Assembly (NCBI GenBank): GCA_047601445.1
Contig: JASGJH010000001.1
Location: 2,496,001 to 2,560,000, forward strand
Direction: 5' to 3'
DNA from: Myxococcales bacterium
GTDB taxonomy: Bacteria > Myxococcota_A > Polyangia > Polyangiales > DASUME01
DNA: 64,000 bases
The notes beneath the pieces are model-generated. The model was given only the letters and a program-made list of their open reading frames with translations, was not told where the DNA came from and ran no database searches. The first letter of the stretch is position 1. Each line of letters starts with the position of its first letter. Positions 58,808-64,000 of this stretch are shown here, in pieces. The position numbers were made by a program, and so were the translations under genes.

Positions 58808-60517
58808 TTACTTGGGCGGGAAAGCCGTCCAGCCTCGGGTCCAGTCCTCGCCGCCGGGCTCGATGGCTCCGACGAAGTCCGCCTCGAGATCGAAGAACGG
58901 CGGCCGTGTGTCGCCGAAGGCTTCACTGGGCTGCTCCGCGTAGAGCGCGCCGAGCGCGGCATCGGGCGCAGGCACGAAGTTTGGCGCCGTGTAGTTGTAG
59001 GGGGCGATCAGTCGTGGGTCGTCCGTGATTCGGTTGAGTGTGGGTCCCGCGCTGAGGCTCTCCATTTCGTCGAGTCCGTCGTCGGCCGTGTCCTCCGCTC
59101 CGCTCGGAAACAAGATGGCTGTGTCGGCCATCCAAAACACGGAGTTGCGCAGGGACAAGGTGCCCTCACGCAGATGCGCCGCGGCGGTCGACCCGCCGAT
59201 GTCGATAGCACCGGCATTGAAGGCCATGAAGATCTGATTCCGCAGGTACCCCCGACTTCCTCCACGCAGGCGCCCGCCTACCTTGCCGCCGATGCCGTTG
59301 TTGGTGCCGATCCAGGTGGCGTTGAAGATGCGCGGATCGGGGTCGCGAAGAGGGGTGTCCGAGGTGCCGCCCGCCTCGAAGCCGAGGTCGGCTGCATCTG
59401 GATACTGCTGCGCGATCAGGAACTGCGCGCGGCCACGCCAACCGTCGTCCCAGTCGAAGCTGTCGTCGCTGGCCCCTGTGATCAACAGATGGCTGAAGTC
59501 CACCGAGCCTCCGAATACCTCGACTCCGTCGTCGCCGCTGAGGTGCACCTGGACGTGGTCGATCACGGTGCGATAGCCACAAGCGTAGAGTTGGATGCCG
59601 TTGCTCTCGTTGCCCATGCCGCCGCCCGCGTTGAAGCTGGCGAACTCCACCCGCACGTAGCGCAGGGTGCCGCAGTCGTGTCCGTCAGCGCCGGCACCCG
59701 GGATGGCGGCCCCACCTTGCAAAGCGAGTGGCGTGCGCTGCCCTGTCTCGGCCTCAGTCGATGCACCGGAGTCCTGACCTGCGTCGTTCCCGGCGTCCTG
59801 GTGCCCTGCGTCGCTCGCGGTGTGTCGTCCCCCGTCGGTCCTGGGTGTGCCGGCATCTCCTGCGCCCGCGTCGGGCTCCTCTTCCTCGGGTGGTCCGTAG
59901 GCGAGTTGGTCGTCGATGTTGTGCCCTCCGACGGTGGCAGGAAATCCCTCGACGCGCCGCGTGCCGCCCGTGGAGGCCGCCCCGAGCAAGGTGATCCCGC
60001 CCCAGTCGTCGCGCGCACGCGAGCCGACCGGGTTGGCGCTCGTGAACACGATGGGGTCCACGCGCGTGCCCTCGGCTTCGATGCGCCCCGTGCGCGTGAC
60101 CACGAGGAAGCCGCGCGCCGAAGCCGTCACTTGACCGCGCACCACGGTGCCGGGCTCGATGGTGAGGACCTGCGGGCTCCCCAGGTCGCCTGAGGCCACG
60201 AACACGATGCCGTTGAGCACGTAGATGTGATCGCAGGTCCAGCGAGTACGGTCTTCGGAGAGCACGCCCGCTTTGATGTCCACCAGCGTGCGCTGGGCGA
60301 GCGGAGGACAAGTGGACTCGCTCGGCTCGGCCACACTGGAGTCCGGCGTGGCGGAGTCTGGCGACCCGGGAGCGGGTTGGATGGGAGGCTGAGAGCCATC
60401 GAGCCCAGCATCGAGATCACCCGCGTCGTCGGGGCATTCGACGTAGATCAGCCGCTCCCGCGTGTCGCAAGCCGTGATGCACAACAGCAGCGTCAGCACA
60501 CCGATACGCGCGAGCAT
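58808..60517 (-). CDS. Beta-helix-like surface lipoprotein
   Basis: ITAC lipobox, LTIEPGT, PIVFTS, WGGITLLG, DDGVEVFGG, DDSFDWDDG and W..GWT motifs. Confidence 0.75.
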   Translation of the reverse strand: MLARIGVLTLLLCITACDTRERLIYVECPDDAGDLDAGLDGSQPPIQPAPGSPDSATPDSSVAEPSESTCPPLAQRTLVDIKAGVLSEDRTRWTCDHIYVLNGIVFVASGDLGSPQVLTIEPGTVVRGQVTASARGFLVVTRTGRIEAEGTRVDPIVFTSANPVGSRARDDWGGITLLGAASTGGTRRVEGFPATVGGHNIDDQLAYGPPEEEEPDAGAGDAGTPRTDGGRHTASDAGHQDAGNDAGQDSGASTEAETGQRTPLALQGGAAIPGAGADGHDCGTLRYVRVEFASFNAGGGMGNESNGIQLYACGYRTVIDHVQVHLSGDDGVEVFGGSVDFSHLLITGASDDSFDWDDGWRGRAQFLIAQQYPDAADLGFEAGGTSDTPLRDPDPRIFNATWIGTNNGIGGKVGGRLRGGSRGYLRNQIFMAFNAGAIDIGGSTAAAHLREGTLSLRNSVFWMADTAILFPSGAEDTADDGLDEMESLSAGPTLNRITDDPRLIAPYNYTAPNFVPAPDAALGALYAEQPSEAFGDTRPPFFDLEADFVGAIEPGGEDWTRGWTAFPPK

Positions 60518-60529
60518 GGGCGAGTCCTC

Positions 60530-62065
60530 TTATTCCTGGGGGAAGTCGGTCCAGACGGGTTCACCGCTCTGCTCGGCTTGCGTCCAGTCGAGGGCGCGAT
60601 CGGCTTCGAACTCGATCTTGGGCAGCGCTCCTGCGTAGGCGGCCGATTCGAAGACTCCCTCCCATCCGGTCGGCACGTTGCCTTCGAGATTGCTCGAGTT
60701 GACGTAGCTGTCGGCGCTGAAGTCCGGCCTGAGAGGCGGCGGGTCGAACGGACGCTGCAATATGATCGGGGGAAAGCGATTCTGCAGACTCGGCTCGCGG
60801 AAGGTTTGGTCCTCGGAGAAGCTGCCGTCGTCGTCCATGGTGCCATCGCCGGGCTCGGCACCCGTGCCGGGAAATCCCGGGTGCATGCGCGGCTCGGGAC
60901 CACCGAAGATGGTGTTGCGAATGGTCAGGTCGGTGCCGACATGCTGCGCGGTGACGACGTCGATGATGTCGACCCAGCTACCCGCGAAGCCGTACACCAC
61001 CGAGTTTCGAATCGTGGCGCGCGTGCCGGCCTGGAGCAGGATACCGGTCTCCAGCCCATTGGGATCCCCCACGCCACGTGGCAGGCCCTTGGCGTTGGCG
61101 CCCACCAGCGTCGCGTTGAAGATGATGGGAGACGAGGGAGGCGTCGAGTCCGGCTTGCCTTCGTCCTGCGAGCCCTTGAGCGCGGCCCCGGCGCCGTAGA
61201 ACGACTGCACCACCACGAACTGCAGCAGGCCTGAGTAGCCCGCGGTCCACTCGATGCCATCGGCCGTGGCGGCAGTCACCAGAACGCGCTTGATGGGGGC
61301 TTGTCCGCCGATCAAGCCGAGACCGTCCGTGGCGGCATGAATCTGCACGTCGTGAACCGAGGTCTTTCGGCCGCACCCTGCCAGCGTGAGGGCCGAGCTC
61401 GGGAATGCGTACTCGTCAGCGAGCCCCCCGGCGAACTCGATCCGTACGTGCTCAAGCTGACCGCAGTCGTGATTCACGTCAGAGCCGCCGAAGTGGCTGC
61501 TGATGTCGGCCGCAGAGAGCCCCAGCGACGAGGTCTCGGGCAATGACGTGGGCGCCTTTCCGAGCAGGAACACGCCGCGCCAGGCACCCGGCTGTGCGGG
61601 ATGCTCGACGGCGGTGAAGACGATGGGTTCCTGGGCGGTGCCCGCTGCCACCAGGCGCGCCTCCTTCGAGATCACCAGGCCCGAACCGTTGCGCACCTTG
61701 ATGCGAACGCCCGGATCGATGGTCAGCGTGCCAGCGCGGACCACGGCGGCGCCCACCAGCTCGTAGTCGGTCTCGCAGGTCCAGCGGGTGTCCTCGGTGA
61801 TCTCCAGCATGCGCTTGACCGTGTTGCCGCGCTGCCCAGGCGGTTTGCAGCCCATGGTCGAACTGCCCGCGTCCGAGCCTGCATCGGTGGGAGGCCCGGC
61901 CTCCGGCGTAGGCTCGGGATGCTCCGACTCATGGCCAGCATCGTGCTGACCGGAATCGAGATCCATTGCGGCGTCCCGCACCACCTGATCGCCCGGCGAC
62001 AGCGGCGTGCACGCAGAGAACCCAGCGCACAGCGCGAACGCTAACTTCAGAATGCGCCCGAACAC
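60530..62065 (-). CDS. Beta-helix-like surface lipoprotein (paralog of 58808..60517)
   Basis: FSAC lipobox, LTIDPG, PIVFT, WRGVFLLG and DCG.L..VRIEFAG motifs; GTG start at 62065 assumed. Confidence 0.72.
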   Translation of the reverse strand: MFGRILKLAFALCAGFSACTPLSPGDQVVRDAAMDLDSGQHDAGHESEHPEPTPEAGPPTDAGSDAGSSTMGCKPPGQRGNTVKRMLEITEDTRWTCETDYELVGAAVVRAGTLTIDPGVRIKVRNGSGLVISKEARLVAAGTAQEPIVFTAVEHPAQPGAWRGVFLLGKAPTSLPETSSLGLSAADISSHFGGSDVNHDCGQLEHVRIEFAGGLADEYAFPSSALTLAGCGRKTSVHDVQIHAATDGLGLIGGQAPIKRVLVTAATADGIEWTAGYSGLLQFVVVQSFYGAGAALKGSQDEGKPDSTPPSSPIIFNATLVGANAKGLPRGVGDPNGLETGILLQAGTRATIRNSVVYGFAGSWVDIIDVVTAQHVGTDLTIRNTIFGGPEPRMHPGFPGTGAEPGDGTMDDDGSFSEDQTFREPSLQNRFPPIILQRPFDPPPLRPDFSADSYVNSSNLEGNVPTGWEGVFESAAYAGALPKIEFEADRALDWTQAEQSGEPVWTDFPQE

Positions 62066-63180
62066 GTGACACCGAAGAGACCGAGTGTCCCCCCACATCG
62101 AACCGCGCGCTGGGCCACTTTGGGGCGCTCCCCCTGGGAACCCGAGCGCGATGGAGCGAGGACCAACAGCAGCACACCCGTCGCGAGCGCGGCTGCGCCC
62201 CCCGCGTAGAAACCCACCGCCAGCCGCTGCATGTTCGTGAGTCGTGCCTTCTCGTCGGCGCAAACCTCGGCGCGCGTGACCCCGGAACCGTCGCAGTCGG
62301 CGTGATTCCAGCGATCGGCGAGGTGTTCGCGCTCGATATTGGCCCGCACGCCGACTCCGAGCGCGCCGGCTCCCAGCGCCAATGCGGACGCTCCCAGCGC
62401 GAGATAGGTGATACGCCACTTGTGCCGGCGCGACGACGCTGGCTCGGCAGGGGCGGCTCGCTGAGGCTCTGTCTTCACCGGCTCCGTGTTGGCAGCGGCC
62501 ACCTGCGGCGTTGCCACCTTCGCTGCGGGCGCGGCCACGGGCGCCGGTGCCGCGGCGGGCAGACTGCGCGGGGATGCGTCCGTGCCGACCTTGAGCAGCC
62601 GGTTTCCGTGTCCATCCAGCAGCGTCACGCCGTACTCGAGCGCCTGCGCGTCGGACGCGTCGGACGCGAAGTGTAGCTCTGCGCTGGGGGGCACCACGGT
62701 CTCGCGATACTCGGCGCTGCCAGCTGCGCGCACCCGCATGCGCACTCGCGCCACCAGCCCCGCGGGATCCGACACGCGGGTGCGCAGCCGAGCGCCTTCG
62801 CGAACCACCTCCACCGAGAGTGGTTGCGCGTGCGCGGACCAGAATCCGCGCGCCTCGAGGTACGGGCTGCGCACGTGATCGGGGAGGCTCTTTTCCAGGC
62901 GAAACTGGGGATCCAGCGCAAGCAAGCTCACGAAGGCCTGCTGCGCCGCGGCGGCATCCGAAAGTTGGGCGCTGCTCACCGCCAAGTCACGCAGAGCGCG
63001 CGCGTACTCGGCGGGTTCGAGCTCACCGCTCTCGATGGCGGCCTGCGCCCGCGCCTGCGTGGCGAGCTCCGCTGCGCGCACGTCGGCTGGCAGGCCTTGC
63101 GCCGAGGCGGCGCGGGGAAGTGCCCACAGCACGCCGTAGAGCAGCGCTGCGAAGAAGAAGGTACGGCCCATCATCATCAT
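62047..63180 (-). CDS. Hypothetical secreted/membrane protein with TPR-like N-terminus
   Basis: Signal peptide, AF..LLALDP.F.L motif, C-terminal hydrophobic segments and CSGAF end typical of myxobacterial PEGA-associated genes. Confidence 0.7.
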   Translation of the reverse strand: MMMMGRTFFFAALLYGVLWALPRAASAQGLPADVRAAELATQARAQAAIESGELEPAEYARALRDLAVSSAQLSDAAAAQQAFVSLLALDPQFRLEKSLPDHVRSPYLEARGFWSAHAQPLSVEVVREGARLRTRVSDPAGLVARVRMRVRAAGSAEYRETVVPPSAELHFASDASDAQALEYGVTLLDGHGNRLLKVGTDASPRSLPAAAPAPVAAPAAKVATPQVAAANTEPVKTEPQRAAPAEPASSRRHKWRITYLALGASALALGAGALGVGVRANIEREHLADRWNHADCDGSGVTRAEVCADEKARLTNMQRLAVGFYAGGAAALATGVLLLVLAPSRSGSQGERPKVAQRAVRCGGTLGLFGVTCSGAF

Positions 63181-64000
63181 TCGAGCGCGATGCGCCGCTC
63201 CACGCTCTCACCAGCCACGATGTTGACGCGGTAGCTGGTTTCCAGGTTTTGCTCGGGATTGCGCAGCACCAACGTGTGCGTGTCGGCGGGCAGCTCGACG
63301 TCGATGGGCGTAATGCCGAGCTTCTTGCCGTTGAGGCTCACGATGGCGTAGGGCGTGCTGTCGAGCTTGAGGCGTCCCATCGCGCGCGCCGCGGTGCCCG
63401 GTTCTGCCGCAGCAGCCAGGCTCGGCACGGGCTCCGCCCGCGCTTCTCGCAGCGGCTTGGCGGGAGCAGGCTCGGGCACGGCTTCGACAGGCTCGCGCTC
63501 GGACGTGGATGGACGGCGCACTCGGGTGCCGCCGTAGAGATCGACGCGCGAAGGCTCTGGGTCGACCACGCGCTCGTTTGACGTCGCGGGTACCGCGGTG
63601 GCGACCATGGGCACCGGCGCAACCGGCACAGGTGCGGGAACTGCCGCCACGGGCCCGGAGGTAGCCGGCACAGGAGCAGCCGCCACGGGTGGGAGCGCAG
63701 CCGTCACGGGAGCCACGGGAGCCTGAGGCGCAGCCACGCTCGGAGCGAGCTCGGTGCGGGGAAAGTCTGCATTCGACGCCGACGCCACCGCCGCGGGGCC
63801 GCCCGAGACTCCGAGACGTGCCGGCCCCGGCGCCAGCGCCCACAACGCTCCGAGTCCCAGTGCACTCACCAGTACGGCTGCCTTCGTGAGCTGTCGTGAG
63901 CCGGTTGCTGGCTGGCTCACGACCTCTGTGCGGAGCTCCTCTAGCGTCGGTGGAGCGGGCTTGATGCTCGGGCGCGCGGGCGGCTGAGAAGGCAGCCTTG
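63177..64000 (-). CDS. PEGA-domain protein, C-terminal part (possibly a membrane Ser/Thr kinase; 5' end outside window)
   Basis: Transmembrane segment, Pro/Ala linker and PEGA motif GRLKLDSTPYAIVSLNGKKLGITP...H.LVLRNP. The kinase assignment is inference only. Confidence 0.7.
   Translation of the reverse strand, partial: RLPSQPPARPSIKPAPPTLEELRTEVVSQPATGSRQLTKAAVLVSALGLGALWALAPGPARLGVSGGPAAVASASNADFPRTELAPSVAAPQAPVAPVTAALPPVAAAPVPATSGPVAAVPAPVPVAPVPMVATAVPATSNERVVDPEPSRVDLYGGTRVRRPSTSEREPVEAVPEPAPAKPLREARAEPVPSLAAAAEPGTAARAMGRLKLDSTPYAIVSLNGKKLGITPIDVELPADTHTLVLRNPEQNLETSYRVNIVAGESVERRIALE

Overview
High-GC window that looks like a myxobacterial chromosome (Myxococcota, probably Polyangiales/Sandaracinaceae-like). 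This placement is inferred from Cys-rich 'DAG'/Gly-Asp-linker lipoproteins, PEGA/Ser-Thr kinase cassettes and sigma54 motifs. Most of the ~50 genes are core or metabolic: pepA, glsA, class I HMG-CoA reductase, methylmalonyl-CoA mutase with meaB, pdxJ, 2-oxoacid:ferredoxin oxidoreductase, acyl-CoA dehydrogenase, argS, a creBC/creD-like system, an M16 peptidase pair, gpmI, slyD and ppk1. No rRNA, tRNA, CRISPR array or prophage was seen. The most interesting observations are: (1) an intact IS630-transposase-derived ORF with its catalytic Asp motifs replaced (possible domestication); (2) a candidate glutaminase-centred acid-stress locus (two HdeD, DedA, PepA, GlsA, HPF-like); (3) two paralogous DUF4398-OmpA operons, each preceded by the same sigma54-type motif; (4) several families of structured intergenic repeats, one with compensatory base changes, and a 158-bp MITE-like palindrome in the creB/creD divergent promoter; (5) tandem beta-helix lipoproteins converging on ppk1, which has Pho-box-like repeats upstream; (6) three single-base frameshifts, probably assembly errors. 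All family calls come from motif recognition by eye, not database searches.
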